Positions 9,185-19,369 of a DNA stretch of 64,000 nucleotides are shown one piece after another. Position 1 is the stretch's first letter; the number at the start of each line of letters is the position of its first letter. The translations under genes were made by a program, and so were the position numbers. The notes under the pieces were generated by a model. The model saw only the letters and a program-made list of their open reading frames with translations, searched no databases and was not told the DNA's origin. Origin of the DNA: Paludibacteraceae bacterium (GTDB lineage Bacteria; Bacteroidota; Bacteroidia; Bacteroidales; Paludibacteraceae); the NCBI GenBank assembly GCA_045124995.1, contig JBGVMY010000005.1, forward strand, positions 517 through 64,516, in the 5' to 3' direction.

Positions 9185-9219
9185 AAACATTAAACACTAA
9201 ACACGAAACACTAAACTAC
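9185..9219. repeat. 7-bp tandem repeat abutting the clpP start codon
   Basis: AAACATT AAACACT AAACACG AAACACT AAACTAC AA-ATG. Confidence 0.85.
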
Positions 9220-9221
9220 AA

Positions 9222-9884
9222 ATGAACGATTTTCTAAAATTTGCCACCTCGCGTGGCATGAACTCGATGCATGTGGAGAATGCCATGAACGCATCGGCTA
9301 GCTACATCAGTCCTTCGATTCTGGAGGAGCGTCAGTTGAATGTCACACAGATGGACGTGTTCTCGCGTCTGATGATGGATCGTATCATCTTTCTTGGTAC
9401 TGAGGTGAACGACTATACCGCCAATGTGATCCAAGCGCAGTTGCTCTATCTAGATTCTGTAGATTCGGAGCGTGATATTAATATCTACCTGAACACTCCT
9501 GGTGGTTCGGTATATGCGGGCTTGGGTATCTATGATACGATGCAGTTTATTCACTCGCGTGTGGCTACAATCTGTACGGGTATGGCTGCTTCGATGGGTG
9601 CCGTATTGCTGGTGGCAGGCGAGAAGGGCATGCGTGCTGCGTTGCCTCATAGCCGCGTGATGATTCACCAGCCATTGGGTGGTATTCAAGGACAGGCATC
9701 GGATATCGAGATTACTGCACGAGAGATTCTCAAACTCAAAGATGAACTCTATCAGATTATCTCCGACCACTCGGGTCAAACTGTAGAGAAGATTCGCCAA
9801 GATGCTGATCGCGACTATTGGATGACTGCTGAAGAGGCACTCAACTATGGTATGATTGATAAGGTATATCGCCGAGAGAAGTAA
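9222..9884 (+). CDS. clpP: ATP-dependent Clp protease proteolytic subunit
   Basis: 220 aa with the ClpP signature regions (..[12 protein letters not shown].., ..[10 protein letters not shown]..). Confidence 0.97.
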   Translation: MNDFLKFATSRGMNSMHVENAMNASASYISPSILEERQLNVTQMDVFSRLMMDRIIFLGTEVNDYTANVIQAQLLYLDSVDSERDINIYLNTPGGSVYAGLGIYDTMQFIHSRVATICTGMAASMGAVLLVAGEKGMRAALPHSRVMIHQPLGGIQGQASDIEITAREILKLKDELYQIISDHSGQTVEKIRQDADRDYWMTAEEALNYGMIDKVYRREK

Positions 9885-9893
9885 AAGGGTATT

Positions 9894-11138
9894 ATGGTAA
9901 AGAAGAAAGAACAATGCTCTTTTTGCGGTCGTGAGATGCCGCATATGTTTCGCGGTGATGATGGTTGCCTCATCTGCCACGACTGTATTGAGGCGGGTCA
10001 TAAGATGATCCGTGAGATGAAGCAGTATCTGGAGGAGGAGACTGACGTCAAGGGATTGGAAATCAGTACATTGCCCAAACCAGCAGAGATCAAGGCGTTT
10101 TTGGACCAATATGTGATTGGTCAGGATGATGCCAAGCGCTATCTGTCGGTGGCGGTGTATAATCACTACAAGCGTGTCTTGCAACCTCGCACAGAGGGTG
10201 GTGTGGAGATTGAGAAATCGAATATCATCCTCGTAGGTTCAACAGGTACGGGTAAGACCCTCTTGGCTCGCACGATTGCTAAGTTGCTGAAGGTGCCTTT
10301 CACCATTGTGGATGCCACCGTGCTGACTGAGGCAGGTTATGTAGGCGAAGATGTGGAGAGTTTGCTCACACGTCTGCTGCAAGAGGCGGATTACAACGTG
10401 AAGAAAGCCGAGAAAGGTATCGTCTTTATCGATGAGATCGACAAGATTGCTCGCAAATCGGATAACCCAAGTATCACACGCGATGTGTCGGGCGAGGGTG
10501 TGCAACAAGGTTTGCTGAAGTTGCTTGAGGGATCGGTGGTGAATGTGCCACCTCAAGGCGGTCGCAAGCATCCAGAGCAGGAGTTTATTCATGTGAATAC
10601 ACAGAATATCCTCTTTATCTGCGGTGGTGCATTTGATGGTATTGAGCGCAAGATTGCTCAACGCCTCAACACTCAGGTGGTGGGTTTTGATGCTAGCAAG
10701 AAATCGCAAAAGATAGACAAGAGCGACCTGCTGCAATATATTGCTCCGCAGGATTTGAAATCTTTTGGTTTGATTCCTGAGATCATCGGTCGCTTGCCAA
10801 TCCTTACTTATCTCAAACCACTGGACCGTGATGCCTTGCGCAATATCCTTACCGAGCCCAATAATGCCATCACTAAGCAGTATCAGAAACTGATTGAGAT
10901 GGATGGTTTCCAACTCACTTTTGCACCTGATATGCTGGATTATATCGTGGATAAGGCGATTGAGTACAAGTTGGGTGCCCGTGGTTTGCGTGGCTTGATG
11001 GAGACGGTGATGATGGATGTAATGTTTGATTTACCCTCTTCCAAGAGTCGCAAAAAGACGTTTGAAGTCACCAGAGAGTATGCCGCTCAACGTATTGAGA
11101 AAGCCAATATTCACCAACTCTCTTTGAGTGGAGAGTAA
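9894..11138 (+). CDS. clpX: ATP-dependent Clp protease ATP-binding subunit ClpX
   Basis: N-terminal C4 zinc finger (CSFCG..CHDC), Walker A GSTGTGKT and an IGF-type loop region. Confidence 0.97.
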   Translation: MVKKKEQCSFCGREMPHMFRGDDGCLICHDCIEAGHKMIREMKQYLEEETDVKGLEISTLPKPAEIKAFLDQYVIGQDDAKRYLSVAVYNHYKRVLQPRTEGGVEIEKSNIILVGSTGTGKTLLARTIAKLLKVPFTIVDATVLTEAGYVGEDVESLLTRLLQEADYNVKKAEKGIVFIDEIDKIARKSDNPSITRDVSGEGVQQGLLKLLEGSVVNVPPQGGRKHPEQEFIHVNTQNILFICGGAFDGIERKIAQRLNTQVVGFDASKKSQKIDKSDLLQYIAPQDLKSFGLIPEIIGRLPILTYLKPLDRDALRNILTEPNNAITKQYQKLIEMDGFQLTFAPDMLDYIVDKAIEYKLGARGLRGLMETVMMDVMFDLPSSKSRKKTFEVTREYAAQRIEKANIHQLSLSGE

Positions 11139-11162
11139 ATAGCGATTTGTATACCCTTGGTA

Positions 11163-11170
11163 TACCTTTG
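11163..11170 (+). promoter_or_regulatory. -7 promoter element upstream of the pullulanase gene
   Basis: TAccTTTG lies inside the tandem GTATACCCTTG GTATACCTTTG. No well-spaced -33 TTG is visible. Confidence 0.4.
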
Positions 11171-11196
11171 GTATAGGAATAACACACAAAAACGAT

Positions 11197-13188
11197 ATGA
11201 AAAAAGTACTTATTATGATGACTCTTGCAGCTACAATGATAGGCTGCTGTGCTAAAAAGCCTCATTATGAGAGCGTGAATGATTACCCTGTGAAGCAAGG
11301 TTCGCTCGATGAGATGACCTATTCGCCAGAGAAAACGATCTTCTCTGTGTGGAGCCCTAATGCAGATACCGTATATCTGAATTTGTATGCAGATGCTACC
11401 ACAGTGGAGCCATTGCAAACGCTGACCATGTGCCGTCAACAGGATGGTAGTTGGACCAAGACTGTCATAGGTGATCTCAATGGTCAGTTCTACACTTTCC
11501 AAATCGTTGAGCCAAGTTCTCGTTGGACTTTGCACGAGACCCCAGGTATCTTTGCTAAGGCGGTAGGTGTGAACGGTCGTCGTGCTGCAGTGATTGACCT
11601 TGCAGCTACCAACCCAGAGGGTTGGAATGAGGATGTGCGTCCTGCTTTTGCTGGCGCGAAGGATGCAATCGTCTATGAGATGCACCACCGCGATATGTCG
11701 ATTCACCCAACATCAGGTGTAGCTAACAAGGGTAAGTTTCTCTCTTGGACCGAGCATGGAACCAAAACTGCTGAGGGTTTGGCTACAGGTATTGACCACC
11801 TGTTGGAGTTGGGCGTGACCCACGTACAGATTCTGCCTTCGTACGATTACGGATCAGTGGATGAGACTCGCTTGAGCGATAATCGCTACAACTGGGGTTA
11901 TGATCCAGTCAACTACAATGCACCTGATGGTGGCTATAGTACCAACCCATACGACCCTGCTACACGTATTCGTGAGATGAAGCAGATGATTCAAGCCTTG
12001 CACAAAGCAGGCATCCGCGTAATCATGGATGTGGTGTATAACCATACGTTCAACGTGGAGAACAGCAACTTTACCCAAACAGCACCCGACTATTTCTATC
12101 GCCTTCACGAGAATGGCGAGTTGGGTAATGCGTCGGGTTGTGGCAACGAGACTGCTAGTGAGCGTGCGATGATGCGTAAGTTTATCATTGAGTCTTGCCG
12201 CTACTGGATTGAGGAGTACCATATGGATGGTTTCCGCTTCGACTTGATGGGCATCCATGATGTGGAGACGATGAACCAAGTGCGTGCGATGATGGACAGC
12301 ATCGATCCATCGCTCTTGCTCTATGGCGAGGGTTGGGCTGCAGGTGGTCCTCTTTACCCAGCAGAGGAACTCTGTATGAAGGCCAATATGCAAAAGTTGC
12401 CTAATATTGGTGCGTTCTGCGACGATATGCGTGATGCTTTGCGTGGTCCATTCTCGGATAATCACAAGGGTGCTTTCTTGGCAGGCGAAAAGGGTCATGA
12501 GGAGAGTATCAAGTTTGGTATTGTAGGTTGTATTGCTCACCCAGAGGTGGATATGGAGCAAGTCAACTACTCTAAACAACCATGGACTAGCCAACCTACT
12601 CAATCGATCAACTATGTGTCGTGCCACGACGATATGATGCTCACCGACCGTCTTAAAGCCACTATGAAACTTCGTCCAGGTGAGTTGCAAAAGCTGAGCA
12701 AACTGGCTCAAACAGCTGTCTTGACCTCACAAGGTATGCCATTCTTGTGGTGTGGCGAGGAGATTGCACGTGATAAGAAAGGTGTGCACAACTCGTATTG
12801 CAGTCCTGATGATATCAATGCTATTGACTGGTCGTTGAAGGCAAAGAATATGGATCTATTCCGCTACTATCAAGGTCTAATCGCATTGCGCAAAGCGCAC
12901 CCTGCGTTCCACATGGGCGATGCAGAGTTGGTTCGCCAAAACGTACATTTCTTGCCTGTGGCAGATGGTGTGGTGGCATATCAGCTGAATGGCGAAGCTG
13001 TAGGCGATAGTTGGAAGACGATCGTGGTGATTCTGAATGCACAAACCAAGACGGCCCAAGTGGCATTGCCAGAGGGTAGATTCCGCTTTGCGTGTGTGGA
13101 TGGTGAATGTCCATACTATGGCGAGCGTATCGCAGAAGCTACTGTGCGTGTAGCACCTCAATCAGCTGCTATTCTCTATCTCGACTAA
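11197..13188 (+). CDS. pulA: type I pullulanase (GH13), lipoprotein
   Basis: Lipoprotein signal (..ATMIGCC) and GH13 catalytic blocks YNWGYDP, DVVYNHT, GFRFDLMG, YGEGW and YVSCHDD. Confidence 0.9.
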   Translation: MKKVLIMMTLAATMIGCCAKKPHYESVNDYPVKQGSLDEMTYSPEKTIFSVWSPNADTVYLNLYADATTVEPLQTLTMCRQQDGSWTKTVIGDLNGQFYTFQIVEPSSRWTLHETPGIFAKAVGVNGRRAAVIDLAATNPEGWNEDVRPAFAGAKDAIVYEMHHRDMSIHPTSGVANKGKFLSWTEHGTKTAEGLATGIDHLLELGVTHVQILPSYDYGSVDETRLSDNRYNWGYDPVNYNAPDGGYSTNPYDPATRIREMKQMIQALHKAGIRVIMDVVYNHTFNVENSNFTQTAPDYFYRLHENGELGNASGCGNETASERAMMRKFIIESCRYWIEEYHMDGFRFDLMGIHDVETMNQVRAMMDSIDPSLLLYGEGWAAGGPLYPAEELCMKANMQKLPNIGAFCDDMRDALRGPFSDNHKGAFLAGEKGHEESIKFGIVGCIAHPEVDMEQVNYSKQPWTSQPTQSINYVSCHDDMMLTDRLKATMKLRPGELQKLSKLAQTAVLTSQGMPFLWCGEEIARDKKGVHNSYCSPDDINAIDWSLKAKNMDLFRYYQGLIALRKAHPAFHMGDAELVRQNVHFLPVADGVVAYQLNGEAVGDSWKTIVVILNAQTKTAQVALPEGRFRFACVDGECPYYGERIAEATVRVAPQSAAILYLD

Positions 13189-13192
13189 CAAC

Positions 13193-13258
13193 TTATTCAC
13201 CGCTTATCCTCCGCTTATCCACCCGATAATGTGCTGAGGATGGTGGGTAAAAGATACA
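13193..13258. repeat. 11-bp periodic degenerate tandem array
   Basis: TTATTCACCGC TTATCCTCCGC TTATCCACCCG ATAATGTGCTG AGGATGGTGGG TAAAAGATACA. Confidence 0.75.
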
Positions 13259-13264
13259 ACAAAA

Positions 13265-13284
13265 GGGACTGCTCGAGCAGTCCC
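13265..13284. terminator. bidirectional terminator (pullulanase / rpoD)
   Basis: Perfect 20-bp palindrome GGGACTGCTCGAGCAGTCCC, flanked by AAAA and TTTATT, between convergent genes. Confidence 0.7.
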
Positions 13285-13318
13285 TTTATTATGTCTTGCA
13301 GGTATGTCCTTTCGTGTG

Positions 13319-14179
13319 TTATCCTAAGTAAGTCTTTAGGATTTTGCTGCGGCTGCTGGATTTGAGTCGGCGAATAGCTTTCTCCTTAATCTGGCGTACA
13401 CGCTCACGGGTGAGGTGCAGTTCGATGCCGATCTCCTCCAAGGTCTTCTCTGGTACGCCAATACCAAAGAACTTGCGGATGATGTCTGCTTCGCGTGGGG
13501 TGAGAGTAGCCAATGCGCGATCAATCTCGCGTGAGAGTGACTCATTGATCAAGGTGTGGTCGGCATTAGGAGAATCTTCGTTGACCATCACATCAATCAG
13601 ACTATTGTCCTCGCCCTCTACAAATGGTGCATCTACGCTCACTTGGCGGCCTGACATCTTCAGTGTGTCGGCAATCTTATCCACAGGTATGTCCAACAAC
13701 TCTGCCAACTCCTCCGCACTAGGTTTGCGCTCGAACTCTTGCTCGAAACGTTGGTAAGCCTTGTTGATCTTGTTGAGAGAACCTACTTGGTTAAGAGGGA
13801 GGCGCACAATACGCGCTTGCTCAGCCAAGGCTTGAAGAATAGACTGGCGAATCCACCAAACTGCATAAGAGATAAATTTGAATCCGCGTGTTTCGTCAAA
13901 CTTTTCTGCTGCCTTGATAAGGCCAAGATTGCCTTCGTCAATAAGGTCAGGAAGGCTCAATCCTTGATTCTGATACTGTTTTGCTACGGAAACAACGAAA
14001 CGAAGATTCGCTTTTACGAGTTTCTCCAATGCTGCGCGATCACCATGACGGATCATACGCGCCAACTCTACTTCTTCATCCACCGGAATCAATGGCTCGC
14101 GACCAATCTCCTGCAAATACTTGTCGAGAGACGCCGACTCACGGTTTGTAATGGATTTTGTGATTTTTAACTGACGCAT
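13319..14179 (-). CDS. rpoD: RNA polymerase primary sigma factor (short bacteroidete RpoD)
   Basis: 286 aa with sigma-70 regions 2-4 (..[10 protein letters not shown].., ..[13 protein letters not shown]..). Confidence 0.95.
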   Translation of the reverse strand: MRQLKITKSITNRESASLDKYLQEIGREPLIPVDEEVELARMIRHGDRAALEKLVKANLRFVVSVAKQYQNQGLSLPDLIDEGNLGLIKAAEKFDETRGFKFISYAVWWIRQSILQALAEQARIVRLPLNQVGSLNKINKAYQRFEQEFERKPSAEELAELLDIPVDKIADTLKMSGRQVSVDAPFVEGEDNSLIDVMVNEDSPNADHTLINESLSREIDRALATLTPREADIIRKFFGIGVPEKTLEEIGIELHLTRERVRQIKEKAIRRLKSSSRSKILKTYLG

Positions 14180-14187
14180 GTAGTACA

Positions 14188-14215
14188 GTTAATAATTAAT
14201 AGTTAATAGTTAATA
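14188..14215. repeat. 7-bp tandem repeat just upstream of the rpoD start
   Basis: GTTAATA ATTAATA GTTAATA GTTAATA on the plus strand, which is ATTAACT-type units on the coding strand. Confidence 0.85.
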
Positions 14216-14234
14216 TCATAAGGCAATTGCCTTG

Positions 14235-14308
14235 TGATCCGGTCGGGATTCGAACCCGAGACCCACAGCTTAGAAGGCTGTTGCTCTATCCAGCTGAGCT
14301 ACCAGACC
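14235..14308 (-). tRNA. tRNA-Arg (anticodon TCT)
   Basis: The reverse complement has acceptor GGTCTGG, D-arm GCTC-AGCTGGATA-GAGC, anticodon arm ACAGC-CTTCTAA-GCTGT and T-arm TCGGG-TTCGAAT-CCCGA. Confidence 0.9.
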
Positions 14309-14334
14309 CTCGTCGGAATTGGCTTGCGAGAAAG

Positions 14335-14443
14335 AAATGCGCCCTGCGCATTTGGCTCGCCGCCATTCCTCCTCCTTAAATGTGTCGTTTTTAAGGTGCT
14401 TACGCACAAAACTACCCATGTAGGCACACAAAATAGTGCCTAC
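14335..14443 (-). other. structured leader of about 145 nt between the promoter and tRNA-Arg
   Basis: Three hairpins: 14335-14353 (8 bp, AAATGCGC/GCGCATTT), 14374-14396 (7 bp, CCTTAAA/TTTAAGG) and 14420-14443 (8 bp, GTAGGCAC/GTGCCTAC). Confidence 0.5.
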
Positions 14444-14459
14444 AAAGGCAATTTGGGCG

Positions 14460-14491
14460 CAAAGGTACTGCTTTTTTGGGAGTTATGCAAA
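14460..14491 (-). promoter_or_regulatory. promoter for tRNA-Arg (and probably rpoD)
   Basis: The minus strand reads TTTGCATAAC, a 20-nt spacer, then TAccTTTG (AAAAAAGCAGTACCTTTGCGCC). Confidence 0.7.
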
Positions 14492-14492
14492 T

Positions 14493-14517
14493 AATTTTGC
14501 AAAAATCTGCAAAATTA
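14493..14517 (-). terminator. hairpin downstream of trxA that abuts the next promoter's -33
   Basis: 8-bp stem AATTTTGC / GCAAAATT with an 8-nt loop. Confidence 0.45.
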
Positions 14518-14529
14518 TTGCAATTTTTC

Positions 14530-14844
14530 TTACAAAAGATCCTCAAACAGTTTTTGCAAATCAGGTTTGCGGATCGCACCCACTTGGCGATGAACCAACT
14601 CACCACCCTTGAAGAACAAGATGGTAGGGATGTTCATGATGCCATATGCAGCACAGGTGTCATCGTTCTCATCCACATTCACTTTGCCTGCGATGATACG
14701 ATCTGCATACTCTTCTGCCAATTCATCGAAAATTGGAGCAATCATCTTACATGGGCCACACCATGGTGCCCAGAAATCTACTACGAGGGGTTTGCCCTCT
14801 GCTAACAACTCTTGAAAGTTAGCATCTGTAATCTCTTTAGCCAT
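14530..14844 (-). CDS. trxA: thioredoxin
   Basis: 104 aa with the WCGPC active site. Confidence 0.95.
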   Translation of the reverse strand: MAKEITDANFQELLAEGKPLVVDFWAPWCGPCKMIAPIFDELAEEYADRIIAGKVNVDENDDTCAAYGIMNIPTILFFKGGELVHRQVGAIRKPDLQKLFEDLL

Positions 14845-14848
14845 AATC

Positions 14849-17137
14849 TTATATTTTTATTTGTTTGTTTTCTAATTCACCTGCCAACATTTTATCGGTC
14901 AGCGGGTCTTCGATCATTGTTTGTATAGCTCGTTTGAGTGGTCGTGCGCCATACTGCTTGTCGCGTGCTAGGCGCAGTATCTCGTCGCGAGTCTTATCGG
15001 TGAGTTCGAAACTATAGCCCATAGCCTCCAAACGTGCTTGCAAAGGGCGCAGTTCGAGCCACAATATCTGTGCCAAAGCCTCATCATTGAGTGCGTGAAA
15101 GACGATAATGTCATCTAATCGATTCACAAACTCGGGTGGGAAGGTGCGTTGCAATGCCTTGATCAGTGTGCGCTCGGATGCCTTATCGTCCAGATTATCA
15201 ACACCAAAGCCAATGCCTGCGCCGAAATCGTTCAACTGACGTGTACCTACATTGCTGGTGAGGATGATGATGGTGTTTTTGAAATCCACCACATGTCCCT
15301 GACGATCTGTCAGTCGGCCTTCGTCCATGACTTGCAACAAGACGTTGAAGATGTCAGGGTGTGCCTTCTCGATCTCGTCAAACAGCACAATCGAGTAGGG
15401 CTTGCGTCGAACTGCCTCGGTGAGTTTGCCACCATCCTCGTGGGCTACATATCCCGGAGGTGCGCCTACCAACAGACTGACGGTGTGCTTCTCCATATAT
15501 TCCGACATGTCGAAACGGATGATTGCATTTCGGCTGCCGAACATCTCCTCTGCCAAGCATTGTGCTAGGTGTGTCTTGCCTACGCCCGTAGGTCCGAGTA
15601 GGAAGAAGGTGCCGATAGGTTTGCGTGGATCGCGCAAGCCCATACGCGAGCGCTGGATGGCTTTTACGACTTTCTTGACCGCTTCATCTTGTCCTATCAC
15701 GCGCTGCTGCAGGGTGCTAGCCATCTGGCGCAATTGTTCGCCTTCGGCTTGTGCTACGCGTTGCACTGGTACGCCCGACATCTGGCTTACCACACGTGCT
15801 ACGTCTGCCTCGGTGACCTCTCGCCTAATCGCCTCTTCGCCTGTTGTGTCGTCGCCCTCTTGTCTTGCTATTTTCTCGCCTAAACAAGCGCCAACTTCGT
15901 CCATAGCGTCGATGGCTTTGTCGGGGAACTGGCGGTCGGTGATGTATCTATCTGTAAGGTTTACGCACGCGCGTAGAGCCTCTTGGGTGTAGCGAACATG
16001 GTGGAACTGTCCGTAGGTTTCGCTCAGTCGGGTGAGGATGGTATAGGTCTCATCGGGAGTGGTAGGTTGTACGGTCACCTTCTGGAAACGACGCTCCAAA
16101 GCACCATCTTTCTCGATGCTCGTGCGGTATTCGTTGATGGTGGTTGCACCGATACATTGTACCTCGCCACGCGCCAATGCGGGCTTGAGGATATTGGCTG
16201 CGTCCAACGAACCTTGGGCATTGCCAGCACCCATGAGGGTGTGGATCTCATCCACAAAGAGGATGATCTCTGGGTGGTCATGTAGCTCCTTGATGACAGT
16301 CTTGATACGCTCCTCAAACTGACCACGATAGGTGGTGCCTGCCACCATCGAGGCGATGTCTAGCGAGATGATGCGTTTGCCCTCCAGCGCAGGTATCTCT
16401 TTGGCAGCGATACGCAGGGCTAGTCCCTCTACGATAGCCGACTTGCCTACACCTGGTTCGCCGATGAGGATTGGGTTGTTCTTCTTGCGGCGCGAAAGGA
16501 TTTGTATCACGCGTTCGATCTCTATCTGACGACCAATGACGGGATCGAGTTCGCCGTTTTTGGCTTGTGCGGTAAGGTCACGACCATATTTGGTGAGGGC
16601 AGGCGTATCGGTTTTGCCTTTTTGCTTCTTGCTGCTGCCCATGTCGGGTCCAAAGATATGGATGGTGGTCTCGCGTTCTTGTGGATGTTCGTCCATGGTC
16701 AGTTCGCCTTGTGGTAGTGGGTCTGGCTTTGGATATAGACGCTCGATGCACTCATAATCAATGCCGTGTTGCTGCTCGAGGTACATGGCAGGGAAGTTGA
16801 TACGATCGCGTAGCAGACCCATGAGCAGGTGTACCGAGCCACATGTCTCGGCTTGGTAGTTGCGTGCTTCAATGCCAGTGAGGCGAATCACACGTTCGCT
16901 GGCGCGTGATAGTTTTTGTGTCTGGGTAGTCTCTGTTTGGCGTAAACGCTCATCCAATTTGCGTTTGCACTCCACAGGGTCCATGCCTGCTTGCATCAGC
17001 AGTTCGAAGGCTTTGCCTGCACCCAGACGCAAGATACCCAATAGGAAGTGGTCGGGCATGATCTCAGGATTGCCCAGGCGACCTGCTTCTTCGCGGGCGT
17101 AGGTGAGGATTGTATGTAAATTTGGTGTTTGTTGCAT
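14849..17137 (-). CDS. clpC: ClpA/ClpC-type AAA+ unfoldase
   Basis: Clp_N repeat, two Walker A sites ([18 protein letters not shown]), a short inter-domain linker with no ClpB M-domain, and an IGF loop (GAGIGFG). I chose the internal ATG at 17135-17137 as the start because it removes the overlap with the upstream gene. Confidence 0.88.
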   Translation of the reverse strand: MQQTPNLHTILTYAREEAGRLGNPEIMPDHFLLGILRLGAGKAFELLMQAGMDPVECKRKLDERLRQTETTQTQKLSRASERVIRLTGIEARNYQAETCGSVHLLMGLLRDRINFPAMYLEQQHGIDYECIERLYPKPDPLPQGELTMDEHPQERETTIHIFGPDMGSSKKQKGKTDTPALTKYGRDLTAQAKNGELDPVIGRQIEIERVIQILSRRKKNNPILIGEPGVGKSAIVEGLALRIAAKEIPALEGKRIISLDIASMVAGTTYRGQFEERIKTVIKELHDHPEIILFVDEIHTLMGAGNAQGSLDAANILKPALARGEVQCIGATTINEYRTSIEKDGALERRFQKVTVQPTTPDETYTILTRLSETYGQFHHVRYTQEALRACVNLTDRYITDRQFPDKAIDAMDEVGACLGEKIARQEGDDTTGEEAIRREVTEADVARVVSQMSGVPVQRVAQAEGEQLRQMASTLQQRVIGQDEAVKKVVKAIQRSRMGLRDPRKPIGTFFLLGPTGVGKTHLAQCLAEEMFGSRNAIIRFDMSEYMEKHTVSLLVGAPPGYVAHEDGGKLTEAVRRKPYSIVLFDEIEKAHPDIFNVLLQVMDEGRLTDRQGHVVDFKNTIIILTSNVGTRQLNDFGAGIGFGVDNLDDKASERTLIKALQRTFPPEFVNRLDDIIVFHALNDEALAQILWLELRPLQARLEAMGYSFELTDKTRDEILRLARDKQYGARPLKRAIQTMIEDPLTDKMLAGELENKQIKI

Positions 17138-17163
17138 GTATGGTGTATAGTGTATAGGCGGGG

Positions 17164-19191
17164 TTATTTGTAAAAGTGCCATGCTAGTCCTGCGCGGAAC
17201 ATGTCAGGTGCCATCGGATAACCGGGCATGGCGAAGTATTGTTTGTTCATAAATGATGCGTTGAAGTGCTGGTACTGTGCGAAGAGCTTGAGTCGGATAT
17301 GCTTCACGTAGAAGTTGGCATATACGTTCATCACAGGGTAGTTGCCTACTTTCTCTTGGTCTTGTACGCAGAATTGTCCGAGTGCGGGGTTGAGCAATGG
17401 GGCATAGTATTTGGTAAAGAATCGCATGTCCACACCGATCTGCACGTCGAGGGCTTTCACCCAAGTGTCGTGGTAGTAGAGGTTGTTGTATAGGGTCAGT
17501 GTAGGCAGTGGCAGGTATGCCGATGAACTATGCTGGTACACGATGCTATTGTCGAGGTTTACCCATGGGGTGGTGATGTTGAGCTGCAAGTCGGCGGCTA
17601 GTACCTGGATACTACCATCCGTCTGCTGTGGCAGACCTTGGTTGTCGAAGTAGATATAGTTGGTGATGTTCTCAAACGACACATTTAGTCGTGGTTTGAC
17701 CCATTGGGTAGGGTAAGCGATTTCGCCACCGACATAGAATCGGTAGGTCTTTTTGAAATCGTTGTCCCATTGATAGTGGTTGCTGCGGTAGTGTTGTAGG
17801 TAGAAATCGGGTGTCTCGTTCTTGATGTATGCGCTAGCCGCCAGTGTCATAGAGTCTTTGCCAAGGCGGAAGCCTGCATCGAGATGACCATTCACCTGAA
17901 ACTCGCCAATCTTGTGACCCACCAAGCAGATGTTGCCGTCAAAACCGTAGTGGATATACTTACCTTGGTTCTTGTAGAGGGCTGCACCGATATAGGTGTT
18001 GTTGGTCCATCGTTCGCCAAATAATGTGTCGGGTACGGCATGAAAAGCCGTGTCGGGGTATAGTCCCACAGCGTTGCCAAATAGGTTGCTGCCTGCTGTT
18101 GGTAGGGTGACAGCCTGTCCGATAGGCGCCATATGGCGTTGCGACTCGTTCATGGCATAGACCATTGCGCCGAAGTGCAACCAAGTGTTGAACTCCTCTT
18201 CGAAAGTGACCGAGAGGGTGTTGCGGATAGTCAAGCATGCAGCGGTATCGTTGGTTATGGAGTTGCTGCGGTAGCGATTAGGGTAGAAGCCTTGACGGGG
18301 ATTCTTCTCTACATATTTCTTGGTGGCATCGGTGGTCTCAAACACATGTCGGAAGGTAGTGACAGGCACATACTCGATCTTGATGGAGTCTTTCTTGACC
18401 CATTTGCCTTCTTCGTCACGTTCGCGGTAGGTGACTTTGCGTTCACGCTCCACGCAGATGCTGTAGTAGTGGTTGAGATAGCCCGATAGGTAGCGCAGCT
18501 TGGACATACCTTGCATCTTCACGGGCATGTCTTGAGGCTTGAGGTTGCCTTGTAGGTCGCTTGGGTTGAGCAAACCGCCGTTCTCGAAGTTGCTGAGCGT
18601 GTTCCATGTGAAAGCCCCTTGCAGCGAGTAGTGGTCGCCGTTGAAGCTACCAAACACGGAGCCAAACACGGTCTTACCCTCTTGCGAGTCGAATCGACCG
18701 TAGGAGTTGAGATAGTTGATCGTCATGCCTAGGTTGGTACGGCGGCTCACGTTGCCAGTAAACATGAAGCTGATGTCGTTTTGGTCGAGGTCGGAGACGA
18801 AGCCCTTTTTGTAGCCGACGGAGGAGTAAGGTGTGGTGGTGTGGTAATACTTTACATCTTGTGGCGCAATGATATAAGGTGCGTAAGCGTCGGCAAAGAT
18901 GAAGTCCACTTTTCGTTGGCGGTCGAAGTAGATACGCGATTGGACGGGCGAGATCAGGTTGGCGTTGGTGATATTGGAGATGGAATAGTCGTTGAGCACA
19001 TCGCGCATAGGCAGGTGCATGTACGAGGTATCTACCGTAGGCAGGGTGTCTGCAATGCCAGTCCATGGGGCGAGTTGCCAAGTACGCATGACGGTAGGCA
19101 CTGCTTGTTCAGCGGCTTGCATAGCCACGCCGCCGCATAAAACGATTATGCATAGGCAGAATATACGCAATATGTGTGTAGTTTTACGCAA
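17164..19191 (-). CDS. outer-membrane beta-barrel protein, putative porin family
   Basis: 675 aa with a signal peptide (..LCGGVAMQA/AEQ), alternating aromatic beta-strand patterns and a C-terminal ..LAWHFYK. The start is TTG at 19189-19191. An alternative ATG at 19122 would remove the signal peptide. Confidence 0.7.
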   Translation of the reverse strand: MRKTTHILRIFCLCIIVLCGGVAMQAAEQAVPTVMRTWQLAPWTGIADTLPTVDTSYMHLPMRDVLNDYSISNITNANLISPVQSRIYFDRQRKVDFIFADAYAPYIIAPQDVKYYHTTTPYSSVGYKKGFVSDLDQNDISFMFTGNVSRRTNLGMTINYLNSYGRFDSQEGKTVFGSVFGSFNGDHYSLQGAFTWNTLSNFENGGLLNPSDLQGNLKPQDMPVKMQGMSKLRYLSGYLNHYYSICVERERKVTYRERDEEGKWVKKDSIKIEYVPVTTFRHVFETTDATKKYVEKNPRQGFYPNRYRSNSITNDTAACLTIRNTLSVTFEEEFNTWLHFGAMVYAMNESQRHMAPIGQAVTLPTAGSNLFGNAVGLYPDTAFHAVPDTLFGERWTNNTYIGAALYKNQGKYIHYGFDGNICLVGHKIGEFQVNGHLDAGFRLGKDSMTLAASAYIKNETPDFYLQHYRSNHYQWDNDFKKTYRFYVGGEIAYPTQWVKPRLNVSFENITNYIYFDNQGLPQQTDGSIQVLAADLQLNITTPWVNLDNSIVYQHSSSAYLPLPTLTLYNNLYYHDTWVKALDVQIGVDMRFFTKYYAPLLNPALGQFCVQDQEKVGNYPVMNVYANFYVKHIRLKLFAQYQHFNASFMNKQYFAMPGYPMAPDMFRAGLAWHFYK

Positions 19192-19281
19192 TGTGTCTAA
19201 TATCTAACTTCCAACAGCCGTTAGGCGGTCTATAATCTAATTTTGCTTATACCGATACTTCCCCAATTTATAATTGGGGTG

Positions 19282-19312
19282 CAAAGATAGTAAAATATTT
19301 TGAGTTGTGCAA
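19282..19312 (-). promoter_or_regulatory. promoter for the porin-clpC-trxA operon
   Basis: The minus strand reads CTTGCAC, a 20-nt spacer, then TAtcTTTG. The palindrome CCCCAATT-TAT-AATTGGGG (19261-19279) follows it. Confidence 0.65.
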
Positions 19313-19369
19313 GAAAAATAGTTTTCTGAGTGAAATTTTCTAGAATTTATATATTTCTTAATACCAAGT

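Noticed and set aside
9450-10184. 244-aa minus-strand ORF. Other long antisense ORFs include 10239-10913, 11854-12711, 37631-38263, 41522-42325, 49783-50427, 50542-51096, 51865-52617 and 36123-36866.
   Set aside because: All lie fully inside well-supported genes on the opposite strand (clpP/clpX, pulA, typA, mpl, ftsH, M16, dusB) and show biased, motif-less composition.
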